In this document: in pieces, positions 1 to 9,191 of the stretch
How positions within the stretch are numbered: the first letter of the stretch is position 1
Layout of the letters: each line of letters opens with the position of its first letter
Source of the DNA: Candidatus Thorarchaeota archaeon
GTDB lineage: Archaea > Asgardarchaeota > Thorarchaeia > Thorarchaeales > Thorarchaeaceae
DNA length: 64,000 bases
Direction: 5' to 3'
Assembly: GCA_048882325.1 (NCBI GenBank)
Contig: JBHLRS010000003.1
Span: 32,001-96,000, forward strand
Notes under the pieces: model-generated
What the model saw: the letters and a program-made list of their open reading frames with translations, nothing else
Database searches by the model: none
Told to the model about the DNA's origin: nothing
Position numbers and translations under genes: made by a program

Positions 1-1096
1 CTTTATGGCACACGGGTTCACACCTTCCCTCATCAGAGCACTCCCTGGTACTGCGAGTGGGTTTGAAGAGAGTCTGCAGACTTTTGCATGTTCATACATC
101 AGGAACCTCTATAGTCAGCGTGCAAACGGTCAGTTTCTGACCCTCGCTGGATTACTATTTCCTGGAAACACATGCGACGCTCTTCAGAATCTTGGAGATG
201 TCTGGAAGGTTCGTTTTCCTGAAGATAGAGTGTTCCGACTCACATACCCTGTGACAAGGTATAGCCCTGATGATTCTACAACTAGGTTTCTTAGTGAAGA
301 GCTAAGACTTCTTAGCGAAGGAATCTCTTCTACATTCAACAGACCATTCCTCTCTGAGAGCTATAATCGCGCAGTCGAGCTTGTTCAAGAGTTTCGTAAC
401 AGTGCCCAATTTCTCTATTCCGCAAGAATAGTCAACCCAATGCTAATATCGTATAGCGATGTTGTCCGTTTTGTTAGATCTTTTCTGACAGCTCCAACCA
501 CCTCATCAGTATCTGCCGCAAGGGATGCCGCAGCAATGGTTCGAAATACTGCGGATGAGCTGGGACTGTTGAGTATCATCGAATCTGTGAAAACAGCAAT
601 TCTTAGTGGTGACTATTCAGGCACCGAGCTTCCTGCAGACCTAGAAACTCCACGCATCGTAGTTGCTGGGGGAATGGTTGAACCTCAAGCCATTGCTACA
701 CTGTTTCATGACATGCCTGAGGTTTCTGATTCAGTGATTGTTCTAGACCTTCTCTCTTTTGGATTCAAAACTGTGTTTACACGGTCTCCTGTCAAATCTG
801 ATGATCCGTTTACTGCAATGGCAGAATCTGTCCTGACTGCACCTGGTGAACCGACTCATGAAGGTCTCTCAGTTCGCATGGAGGCATTGAAGGGACTTCT
901 CTCGAATCTATCGATTCAAGGAGTCATTGTTTGTGAGCAGTCATTCTGCGACCCTGATGAATTTGAGGCGCCATCAATCGAAAGAGCCGCTACTGATTTA
1001 GGTATCAAAACAGTGCGATTGCCGCTAGATCCTGAACTTAGTGATCGCGCTAGAATAGAAACACGGATACAGACCTTTGTGGAAACATTGGAGTGA
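1..1096 (+). CDS. 2-hydroxyacyl-CoA dehydratase / benzoyl-CoA reductase subunit (HgdB/BzdN-like), probably 5' truncated by the window edge
   Basis: Three Cys motifs (FACSY, NTCDA, FCDPDE) and C-terminal TRIQTFVE; frame is open upstream of ATG 5. Confidence 0.8.
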   Translation, partial: FMAHGFTPSLIRALPGTASGFEESLQTFACSYIRNLYSQRANGQFLTLAGLLFPGNTCDALQNLGDVWKVRFPEDRVFRLTYPVTRYSPDDSTTRFLSEELRLLSEGISSTFNRPFLSESYNRAVELVQEFRNSAQFLYSARIVNPMLISYSDVVRFVRSFLTAPTTSSVSAARDAAAMVRNTADELGLLSIIESVKTAILSGDYSGTELPADLETPRIVVAGGMVEPQAIATLFHDMPEVSDSVIVLDLLSFGFKTVFTRSPVKSDDPFTAMAESVLTAPGEPTHEGLSVRMEALKGLLSNLSIQGVIVCEQSFCDPDEFEAPSIERAATDLGIKTVRLPLDPELSDRARIETRIQTFVETLE

Positions 1097-2331
1097 GTAG
1101 AAAGATGACTCAAGAAAGAGCAGCTGAGGAGAAACCTTACCGACGCCTCGAAACACAGGCACTTTTACAGCAGATTGCACTTCGCCACGGATTAGAAGCA
1201 ATGGATGCAAGTGAGACCGGTAATCTGGCCTGGGTGACTTCAGGGTTCCCCGTGGAGATTCCGATTGCGATGAATCTTGGTGTGGTCTATCCTGAGCAAG
1301 CAGGGGCTATCATCGGAGCTCAGAAAATAGGTCCTGAGGTTTCTACTATTGCAGAAAACCTTGGGTATTCACAGGAACTTTGCTCTTACGCGCGTGTGAG
1401 TATCGGCTCTACCGAAAAGCCTGAAGAAGTTCCAATGGGATCACTCCCAACACCTCAGATACTTCTTGCATGCAATAATATCTGCGGGACCGTCTTGAAA
1501 TGGTATGATGCTATATCAGAGATGACTGGTGCACCTGTCTATCTTCTGGATACACCTCCTATAGACAAAGTACAGCTCCCTCACAATCAGGAGTATGTCC
1601 GTCGAGGAGTCGAACGTCTGATTGAGTTCATCGGGTCGCACTTCAATCGAACACTTGAGGAGAACCGGATTCGCGAAGTAGCTGAACTATCGAGTAAAGC
1701 TACAAGACTTTGGATACGTGCCCTTGAGGCATGCAAGACCAAGCCGAGTCCATTGAACTGTGCCGATAGATTCCTGACAATGGCTCCTGTTGTGTCAAGT
1801 CGGGGGACTGAGCATTGTGTTGAGTTTTACGAATCCTTTGTGGAGGAGGTTGAGGAACGTGTTAAGAACGGTATTGGAGCGATTCGAGAAGAAAAAGTCC
1901 GCTTACTCTGGGACAATATTCCACCTTGGCACACTCTTAGGTTCTTCAACATACTTGCGAGCAGAGGAGTAGTCTTTCCTGCAGATACATACACCCATGC
2001 GTGGACTGGAAATATGGTAGGTGTTGATACATCTTCGATTATTGACCAAGTTGTTGGAACATATTCCAAAGTTTATCTGAACATGGGACTAGATGCAAAG
2101 GTTGACAAAATGTGCCAACTCATCAAAGATTATGACCTAGATGGATTCGTCATGTTTTCTGTCCGTTCATGTAAACGGTACTCGCTGGGGCAACTTGTGT
2201 CTAAGGAAATAGTTACTGAAAGGACAGGCGTGCCTGGAGTCATAATTGAAGGTGATATGGTAGACTCTAGAGTGTATAACGCAGCTCAAATCGAAACACG
2301 AGTAGACGCACTCCTTGAGATGCTGCTATGA
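1093..2331 (+). CDS. 2-hydroxyacyl-CoA dehydratase / benzoyl-CoA reductase subunit (HgdA/HadB/BzdO-like)
   Basis: LCSY, NNICGTVLKWY, SCK, EGDMVDSR, TRVDALLE motifs. Confidence 0.85.
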   Translation: MSRKMTQERAAEEKPYRRLETQALLQQIALRHGLEAMDASETGNLAWVTSGFPVEIPIAMNLGVVYPEQAGAIIGAQKIGPEVSTIAENLGYSQELCSYARVSIGSTEKPEEVPMGSLPTPQILLACNNICGTVLKWYDAISEMTGAPVYLLDTPPIDKVQLPHNQEYVRRGVERLIEFIGSHFNRTLEENRIREVAELSSKATRLWIRALEACKTKPSPLNCADRFLTMAPVVSSRGTEHCVEFYESFVEEVEERVKNGIGAIREEKVRLLWDNIPPWHTLRFFNILASRGVVFPADTYTHAWTGNMVGVDTSSIIDQVVGTYSKVYLNMGLDAKVDKMCQLIKDYDLDGFVMFSVRSCKRYSLGQLVSKEIVTERTGVPGVIIEGDMVDSRVYNAAQIETRVDALLEMLL

Positions 2332-2350
2332 GGAGAGAATATTCTTGGAT

Positions 2351-3130
2351 ATGGGTGTTGGTATTGACGTCGGTTCAACGACCACCAAAGGGGTCTTGCT
2401 AGATAGTAATGATACAGTCATAGCAAAATCACTGATGCTGACTGGTGCCTCAGCGGTTCAATCCATTGAGAAGACGTTACAAAACATCTCATCAGCATCA
2501 AAAATTGACCTCAATGGAGTTCCAGTAATCAGTACAGGGTATGGACGCGCACGTGTAGAGCTGGCCGAAAAATCAGTCACTGAGATTACTTGTCACAGTG
2601 TAGGAGTACATCACATAAATCCAGACATTCGATTACTCATAGATGTTGGTGGGCAGGACTCTAAGGTTATTCGTATTGGCAAGTCTGGACGACCTGAGGA
2701 CTTCGAGTTAAATGACAAGTGTTCTGCTGGGACTGGTCGGTTTCTTGAGGTTATGGCACGAGTTCTAGAGGTCTCCTTGGATGAACTGGGACCTCTCGCG
2801 TTACAATCAAAGAAACCCTGTTCGATTAGCAGTACATGTACAGTATTTGCAGAGAGTGAGGTAATTGGTCACATCGGTGCTGGGGAATCAGCCGCAGACA
2901 TAGCAGCTGGAGTTCATATTTCCATAGTCTCCAAGATCAGTGCACTCTCGAAACGAGTTGGAGTCAAAGAACCAGTATGTGTTACTGGTGGAGTAGCTCT
3001 CAACCCTGCATTCAGGCACTATCTGTCAGATCAACTCGGAGTAGACCTCTGGGTTCCTGAAGATCCTCAGCTCACAGGCGCTCTCGGTGCAGCTGTTCTG
3101 GCTCTGAATCGAGATGGTGGTGGGAAGTGA
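2351..3130 (+). CDS. ATP-dependent [4Fe-4S] activator (HgdC/BzdQ-type ASKHA ATPase)
   Basis: GIDVGSTTTK, TGYGR, DVGGQDSK, NDKCSAGTGRF, STCTVFAESE. Confidence 0.93.
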   Translation: MGVGIDVGSTTTKGVLLDSNDTVIAKSLMLTGASAVQSIEKTLQNISSASKIDLNGVPVISTGYGRARVELAEKSVTEITCHSVGVHHINPDIRLLIDVGGQDSKVIRIGKSGRPEDFELNDKCSAGTGRFLEVMARVLEVSLDELGPLALQSKKPCSISSTCTVFAESEVIGHIGAGESAADIAAGVHISIVSKISALSKRVGVKEPVCVTGGVALNPAFRHYLSDQLGVDLWVPEDPQLTGALGAAVLALNRDGGGK

Positions 3131-3477
3131 CCAATAGAGCGAGGGAAGAACTTCACAGAATTCTTGAAAATCATTTGGAAGGTGTTGACTATAAATCTCG
3201 AAAGATGTTTGGCGGTTTGGCATTCTTCATCAACAGGAACATGTTCACGGGAACGCACCAATCAGATCTCTTTGTTAGACTCTCAGCAGAAGACCGTGAA
3301 AAAGCCCTTTCACATGATGGTATCACAGTCTTTGAGCCACGAAAGGGAATGGTGATGAGTGAATACGTGGTTCTTGCTGATGCAGTCATCGATACTAAAT
3401 TGAAGGATTTGATTCAGAAGTCAATTTCCTATGTATCGAGTCTTCCTCCAAAAGAATCCAAGAAAAGGAAGAAATGA
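3127..3477 (+). CDS. TfoX/Sxy N-terminal domain protein
   Basis: RKMFGGLAFFINRNMF and FEP..G..M.EY motifs. Confidence 0.8.
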   Translation: MTNRAREELHRILENHLEGVDYKSRKMFGGLAFFINRNMFTGTHQSDLFVRLSAEDREKALSHDGITVFEPRKGMVMSEYVVLADAVIDTKLKDLIQKSISYVSSLPPKESKKRKK

Positions 3478-3480
3478 GAA

Positions 3481-3945
3481 TCACTTGACCTTCTTTGACA
3501 CATTGTCTGCATAGATGGTGAAGTCCTCTTCACCCTTAGCTACTTCTAGACCCTCGCGAATCTCAGTTTCTGAAATCTTCTTGATATATGACTTCCATCT
3601 TGTGCCATCGAAGGCCTGAGGGCTTGGTTCCATTTCGATATCGAATCTAACAACATCGTTGGTTCTCTCAAACTCTACCTCATTGTTCACAAAGCCATAC
3701 GAATATGCGGATTTTCGTCGCAGCTTTTTGTTACGTTTATCGTAGTACATCAGACTGAAGGCTTCATGTACGATATTTCCGTCTTTGACAGCCTTGTGTC
3801 TTCCCATGATGTAGACTCCACTCAACTCTAGAGTGTATACATCCGAGGTTTCGATTATGCCTTCTTCGCTTTCCGGATCTTTAGACTGTCCTTGCCATTC
3901 TCCAATGAGAAAGTGCCAATCCTCAAGCGGATTACTAGAACTCAT
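3481..3945 (-). CDS. DUF1579/THAP4-like beta-barrel protein
   Basis: FLIGEWQG start and YYD motif; beta-rich. Confidence 0.55.
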   Translation of the reverse strand: MSSSNPLEDWHFLIGEWQGQSKDPESEEGIIETSDVYTLELSGVYIMGRHKAVKDGNIVHEAFSLMYYDKRNKKLRRKSAYSYGFVNNEVEFERTNDVVRFDIEMEPSPQAFDGTRWKSYIKKISETEIREGLEVAKGEEDFTIYADNVSKKVK

Positions 3946-3986
3946 ACTCAACGATTGAATACTCTTTCACATAAAGATGGTGACTT

Positions 3987-4544
3987 TTATGCACTGAACG
4001 GAACTGCCTCTTTCCCGGCCTTCAAGCCAAGTTCTAGTGCTTTCAGGTTTGTTTCTTTGAATCTTGGCCAGCGATCGATTATCTGCTGTTTCAGTCCCTC
4101 AGGTGATACTATGCCAGTGATTGCTGTGAGCGCACCCAACATCACCACATTGGTGGCCTGTTTCACTCCAACATCAACATCTGCGATTCTTGTTGCTGGA
4201 ATCTTGTAGATCCTGATTCCGTCTGGCAAATCACCCTCTACATCTACCAGATCTTCATCAATAATCAGAATTCCATCTTCCTTGAGTCCGTCAATATACT
4301 CCAAGTATGCAGCTCTGCTCATTGCCACAAATACATCAGGTTCCTGAACCTTTGGATAATCCACTTCTACGTCATCTATCACTAGTTCGCTCTTTGTGGC
4401 ACCACCTCTAGCCTCAGGGCCATAGCTCTGGGTCTGAACGCACTCTTTCTTCTCAACTAGTGAAACAGCCTCGCCCAAGACAACAGCCATAGTGACAATG
4501 CCCTGCCCTCCAAAGCCACCGAAACGAACTTCATAGCGAGTCAT
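3987..4544 (-). CDS. korC: 2-oxoacid:ferredoxin oxidoreductase gamma subunit
   Basis: GFGGQG, QSYGPEARGG, NVVMLGA; start reassigned to MTRYEV. Confidence 0.92.
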   Translation of the reverse strand: MTRYEVRFGGFGGQGIVTMAVVLGEAVSLVEKKECVQTQSYGPEARGGATKSELVIDDVEVDYPKVQEPDVFVAMSRAAYLEYIDGLKEDGILIIDEDLVDVEGDLPDGIRIYKIPATRIADVDVGVKQATNVVMLGALTAITGIVSPEGLKQQIIDRWPRFKETNLKALELGLKAGKEAVPFSA

Positions 4545-4549
4545 TAGAA

Positions 4550-5392
4550 TCACCTTTTGAGTTTCTGTTGCATCTCTCGAAGAACCTTCGTGTACTCTGG
4601 CTTTTCTATGTCTACAAACTCTCCACACACAATCCTGGTTTGGTAATCGAGTTCAGCTTCATGCGGCGAAAGTCCGTTTTGTATTTCAGCCACTTCAAGT
4701 AGATGCTTGTGCATGGTGACACCATCACCTAAACGGTTCAATCTGCCATACTCGGTGGGGCACGCGCCTACAACCTCAATAAAAGAGAAGCCCTCTTTAT
4801 TGATAGCTTTTTCAATCGATTGGGTTGCTCTCCGAGCCTGTACTGCAGTCCATCTGGCAACAAAAGTGGCTCCAGATGATGCAGCTAGTTTGACTAGGTT
4901 AAATGGATGTTCGATGTTTCCAACTGGTCTCGGACTCGTTTGTGAATACTTTCCATGCTCAGTCGTTGGGCCAAACTGACCCCCGGTCATTCCATATGTC
5001 CAGTTATTGATACACACAACGGTCATGTTGATGTTTCTTCGTGCAGCATGAATTAGGTGGTTTCCACCGATTGCAGCGATATCGCCATCCCCACTGACTA
5101 CAATGACCTCAAGTTCAGGATTGGCAATCTTGACACCTTCAGCAAAAGCTATGGCTCTTCCATGAGTCGTGTGATATGTACCAGTCTTGAAATATCCAGA
5201 AGTTCGACCAGTGCAACCAATACCTGAAACAACCACGGTCTTGTGAATGTCAAGGCCGATATTGTCAATCGCCCTCGCAATCATTCCCGTGACCACCCCG
5301 ATGGAACAACCAGAACAGTAGATCCAGGGCTGACGGTCTTCCCGTATGTATTTGGCCATTGGATGCTTTAAGACAGGTGTCGACTCGGTCAT
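4550..5392 (-). CDS. korB: 2-oxoacid:ferredoxin oxidoreductase beta (TPP-binding) subunit
   Basis: CSGC, SGIGC, HTTHGRA, GDGD..IGGNH, YGMTGGQ. Confidence 0.93.
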   Translation of the reverse strand: MTESTPVLKHPMAKYIREDRQPWIYCSGCSIGVVTGMIARAIDNIGLDIHKTVVVSGIGCTGRTSGYFKTGTYHTTHGRAIAFAEGVKIANPELEVIVVSGDGDIAAIGGNHLIHAARRNINMTVVCINNWTYGMTGGQFGPTTEHGKYSQTSPRPVGNIEHPFNLVKLAASSGATFVARWTAVQARRATQSIEKAINKEGFSFIEVVGACPTEYGRLNRLGDGVTMHKHLLEVAEIQNGLSPHEAELDYQTRIVCGEFVDIEKPEYTKVLREMQQKLKR

Positions 5393-5490
5393 GGAGAAAA
5401 TCTCCTATTCACAATCCGCCACAAATGCAAAGTGGATAAAAGACTTGTTGATGTAGCCCTCCATTTTGTTAACGGAGTTAACGAAATCTA

Positions 5491-6459
5491 CTACTCTTTC
5501 CGATAATATGGAGATGCCTCAAGCAATCGTTTTTGAGCTTGACCTCTGAGCAGCTTAGCTAAGTACCTCTTAATCCCAAGTTGAGCCTTCAACTCTTCCA
5601 TATAGTCCACAAAACTTCGAGTTTGATACTGTAAGAGTCGCTGTGACTCTTCTGTGTCAAGCCAATCTGTATAGAAGTACTCTTCTGGTTTTGTGGCAAC
5701 TCTGAATGCTGAATCAGGTAGCATTCCTATTCCCATGTTTTCGAATAATTGTGAAATAAAATCGCGTTGAATCATCTGATTTGCTTTTCCTCCACCAATA
5801 AGCAACGTCTTTCCTATCGTATCTGCATCTACTGCATTAGCACAAGCCAATCCAACATCTCGTGAGTGTACGAACTCGATACGCTGATTTAGAGGCAAAT
5901 CAAAGAATATTGTATCAATCTCTGAACCGATTTCAGAAGGTGGAGCTGCCGCAAAGCGCAGGATTGTCCATGGAATACCTGACTCTTTGATTATCCGCTC
6001 GCACTCGATTTTAGTTTCAGTATAGACATCGGTAGCAATTATTGGATCTTGAGCAGTTCGAGGAGGTGGAAGATGCATCGTTGGCCCGAACACAGAAACA
6101 GAACTCGCGAAGACTAGTTTTGGTTTAACTTTCCGATTTTCTGAGGCTCCGACTACATTCTTCGTACCCTCAATATTGACTGCTCTAGTCAAATCTGGCT
6201 TTGATTCAGACAATGGAGGGATTATTCCGGCCAAGTGAATGATACAATCCATTTCTTCAATCACAGATTCAACAAGCGGGAAATCAAGAATATCTCCCCA
6301 AATAGTTTCGAACTTGCCTTTCTTATGTAATCTCTTAGCTATCTTTGCATTTCTCTCGCTCTTGAGGTCAAAGCAACTGATATTGTAATTTTTCTCAAAA
6401 AGAGCCAGTAAGGTACTCTCGCCAATGTTGCCGAAAGCGCCAGTCAGGAGGACATTCAT
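5491..6459 (-). CDS. NAD-dependent epimerase/dehydratase (extended SDR)
   Basis: TGAFGNIG, HLAG, ASSVSVFG, YTETK. Confidence 0.88.
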   Translation of the reverse strand: MNVLLTGAFGNIGESTLLALFEKNYNISCFDLKSERNAKIAKRLHKKGKFETIWGDILDFPLVESVIEEMDCIIHLAGIIPPLSESKPDLTRAVNIEGTKNVVGASENRKVKPKLVFASSVSVFGPTMHLPPPRTAQDPIIATDVYTETKIECERIIKESGIPWTILRFAAAPPSEIGSEIDTIFFDLPLNQRIEFVHSRDVGLACANAVDADTIGKTLLIGGGKANQMIQRDFISQLFENMGIGMLPDSAFRVATKPEEYFYTDWLDTEESQRLLQYQTRSFVDYMEELKAQLGIKRYLAKLLRGQAQKRLLEASPYYRKE

Positions 6460-6611
6460 GACAAATTTCGATTTTGTGGATTATCTAAATCTTCTTGTGT
6501 GTCCAATACAAGAATCGGACTACTTTATGTCCTCGAACACTCTAATTTTGTCAAGAGTCTCGCTCAGGAACGAAGGCAAACATGCTGTTTGGGTCATCAA
6601 ATACACGGTAG

Positions 6612-8567
6612 CTAACTCAATAATCCGACTCTCTTGAACAGATATCTGACCAACCAGATAGGAAACGCTAACAGTACTAGAATAAGTCCAATTGATGGTT
6701 GACAGCCTGTTGAGGACGTATAGTCGAGAGCAGATAGAACAGCAAGGTAGGGGAGGAGAAGCGAGATAACAAATCCACGTTCTAGTTTGTCACTTTCTGG
6801 TCTAGAAATGACAAACCACCCATAGATAATTGGAATCAAAAGAAAGGTGACTGAATAAACAAATGATGAAAACCATGGATTACTTGCCACACTAATTTGT
6901 CCTGAAAAGCCATTATACCACCTTATCATTAGCGGCGTTACCCACCATACAACCCGTCCTCCTCCATTGTACAATGCATCCGGGTATGGATTCAGCTTTA
7001 CCATCCATGGAATAAACACGCTGATGGTCAGCAAAGTCACAGGAATCAACCTAGTGTCATTAAGTCGATGTCTAAGGTTGGAATAACGATAAACCCCGCG
7101 GAAGGCAAAGACTGAGGAACATACCAAAACTATCGCCATAATCAGCATCAGAATTTCGCCAACCCCTAATGCCACTCCCAAAACTGACAAGTATGGGTGG
7201 TTGATATGGATCATCAGATTCCTAGAGCTATTGGTTTCATCAATCGTGATGATTGTTTCAACTTTGCTACTTGAAGGTGGATTGAATGTTGTCCCAGTTT
7301 GTGGTGCATACGGTGACCACGAAAAGTATTCGAACCTAAGTGTTCCAGTACCTCCTGGAATGAAAAGTGAAGTGGGAAGAGGATTTTCTAGTGTAGTGTC
7401 AAGAATGAATTGCTCGAAATTGTAAATGCGTTCTTCCATGAAATCGACTGAAAGATACTTGAACATTATTTTTGGTGTAAATTCTAAATCAATCCGTATT
7501 GTGTACATTATAATTGAAACATGTAATGCAGTTCCAGATTGAACCTCGAAGAACACATTTGATGACCAATTAAGCGGATTTGGAGTAGCATAGTCGAACC
7601 TCCAATATGCGACTCCTTCATAGGTTCCAAGTGGAAGGTATACAGTTTTATTTACATCATCAGGAGTGAACAGTGAGAGTGTTTCCGAATCGTTGTCAAC
7701 TGTAAGGTAGAGTTGAGGATTGGTTCTAATGTTCAACATGTTGGGGTTTTGGTACAAGCTCTCTCCGTCCCCATCTTGGAAATCAAAGATAACTGGATAT
7801 AGGTCAATCTCGAAAAAGGCCTGGATCGTCACACTTCGAATGACGATATGAGTTCCCTCTTCAAGTTCCAATCCTACCTTGAAAATCAGTGGACACAACC
7901 AGCTCCCGAGACCTAGCTTTGCCACCACCTTTGCTTGAACAATTGGTAAATGAAGTGTGGTTTCAGAAACCATACCTGCATCGATCTCAGCTTCTTGCCA
8001 GATTGATTTGTCAGAAGCAAAGCCCTCGAGATACAATCCAGCTTTTCCCTCAATGCCCTCTATAACAACGTGAATTGACACATCGCTACAGTTCAATATA
8101 GGGACATATTCTCTATGATGGAAGGACACCCCCGACCACTCACTGAAGGGGTCATACTCCAAATGGTAACCATCGCTTGCATTCCACGCATTTTTGTTAA
8201 AATCATAATAGCTGAATGAATCCATCTCCCGACCTGGATTGAATGGTGTACTATTGAACAGTACTGTGGTATTTACACCACTCTGGGGATATGACAACAT
8301 TTCGCTGTAGGTGCTGTCATTGGTCTCTGACTCAAGAGTGACACTTGTGGCTGGTGTGAAACGATATGAAAAAGTCAGGAAGGATGGTAACAAAGTGGTA
8401 AACAGAATGATAAGAATAAAAGCTTTGTAAGGTAAATGGTCACTCGACAGTTTTGGTTTGATGTGTTTTTTATATGCTTCTTCAGAAATCTCTCCCATTC
8501 TAATAGCTGCTTTTTTAGGGATGCGACAGGCTCTTATGATAATCTCAGAAATCTTGTCTTTTACCAT
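6612..8567 (-). CDS. Large membrane protein of unknown function: N-terminal TM, ~400-aa external beta-rich region, ~5 C-terminal TMs
   Basis: Long ORF, hydrophobic segments, many N-x-S/T sequons; start uncertain (8567 or 8591). Confidence 0.7.
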   Translation of the reverse strand: MVKDKISEIIIRACRIPKKAAIRMGEISEEAYKKHIKPKLSSDHLPYKAFILIILFTTLLPSFLTFSYRFTPATSVTLESETNDSTYSEMLSYPQSGVNTTVLFNSTPFNPGREMDSFSYYDFNKNAWNASDGYHLEYDPFSEWSGVSFHHREYVPILNCSDVSIHVVIEGIEGKAGLYLEGFASDKSIWQEAEIDAGMVSETTLHLPIVQAKVVAKLGLGSWLCPLIFKVGLELEEGTHIVIRSVTIQAFFEIDLYPVIFDFQDGDGESLYQNPNMLNIRTNPQLYLTVDNDSETLSLFTPDDVNKTVYLPLGTYEGVAYWRFDYATPNPLNWSSNVFFEVQSGTALHVSIIMYTIRIDLEFTPKIMFKYLSVDFMEERIYNFEQFILDTTLENPLPTSLFIPGGTGTLRFEYFSWSPYAPQTGTTFNPPSSSKVETIITIDETNSSRNLMIHINHPYLSVLGVALGVGEILMLIMAIVLVCSSVFAFRGVYRYSNLRHRLNDTRLIPVTLLTISVFIPWMVKLNPYPDALYNGGGRVVWWVTPLMIRWYNGFSGQISVASNPWFSSFVYSVTFLLIPIIYGWFVISRPESDKLERGFVISLLLPYLAVLSALDYTSSTGCQPSIGLILVLLAFPIWLVRYLFKRVGLLS

Positions 8568-9033
8568 TCCTATCCCATCCCAGACGCTCAACTATTGTGT
8601 CAAAAAGTGTCTTTGCGATTTTGGTTGGTGGCAAGTCTTTCGATATTCCTATCTTCCACTCCTCTGCCAGTCCTCTTAGAATCCTGACACAATCTGACTG
8701 CTCTGCACAACTAGCGCAATCACCCTCATGATCAAACCATACTTGAATCCTATATTCTGGAGAGTATGTGATGTAAGTCTGAGATTTATTGGAATGACAG
8801 TATCCTATAGCAAAGCCATATTGCGAACTCACATTCTGGATTTTGATTCTATTCACTTGTGCAGCATTCAACATGAGTTTCTTTATTCTCTGTTCTGCTA
8901 TTCTCTGTGCTTGACTTACAAATGGCCTTGACACTCCAAGCTCTTTCGCAATTATCGAGGGAGGTGTTTTCTGTCGTCTCTTTAACCAGATATGATTCTG
9001 TTTTTTTGTAGGATATCTAAAACTCACAAACAT
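8545..9033 (-). CDS. HTH transcription regulator with C-terminal Cys cluster
   Basis: IAKELGVSRPFVSQ HTH; HEGDCASC...C motif. Confidence 0.75.
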   Translation of the reverse strand: MFVSFRYPTKKQNHIWLKRRQKTPPSIIAKELGVSRPFVSQAQRIAEQRIKKLMLNAAQVNRIKIQNVSSQYGFAIGYCHSNKSQTYITYSPEYRIQVWFDHEGDCASCAEQSDCVRILRGLAEEWKIGISKDLPPTKIAKTLFDTIVERLGWDRNGKRQDF

Positions 9034-9053
9034 CAAACCACACTCAGACGGAG

Positions 9054-9114
9054 TTAACCTACTTTATGCAACTCCTCACTCTAGCAATATAAATTAACCT
9101 ATTTTATGCAACTC
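9054..9114 (-). promoter_or_regulatory. Promoter (TATA 9088-9094) bracketed by two 21-nt direct repeats, putative operator
   Basis: TTAACCTA(C/T)TTTATGCAACTC at 9054-9074 and 9094-9114. Confidence 0.7.
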
Positions 9115-9191
9115 ATACCTAAATCTCTCGAATAATCTATCAATGTCTACTCAAAGACATTTGGAGCGGTCATACTCCGAATTGAATCAAA

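Noticed and set aside
5472-9058. Active mobile element splitting kor
   Set aside because: No transposase, integrase or terminal inverted repeats; kept only as a possible scar.
9054-9114. Mini-CRISPR
   Set aside because: Only two 21-nt copies with a 19-nt gap, and no cas genes.
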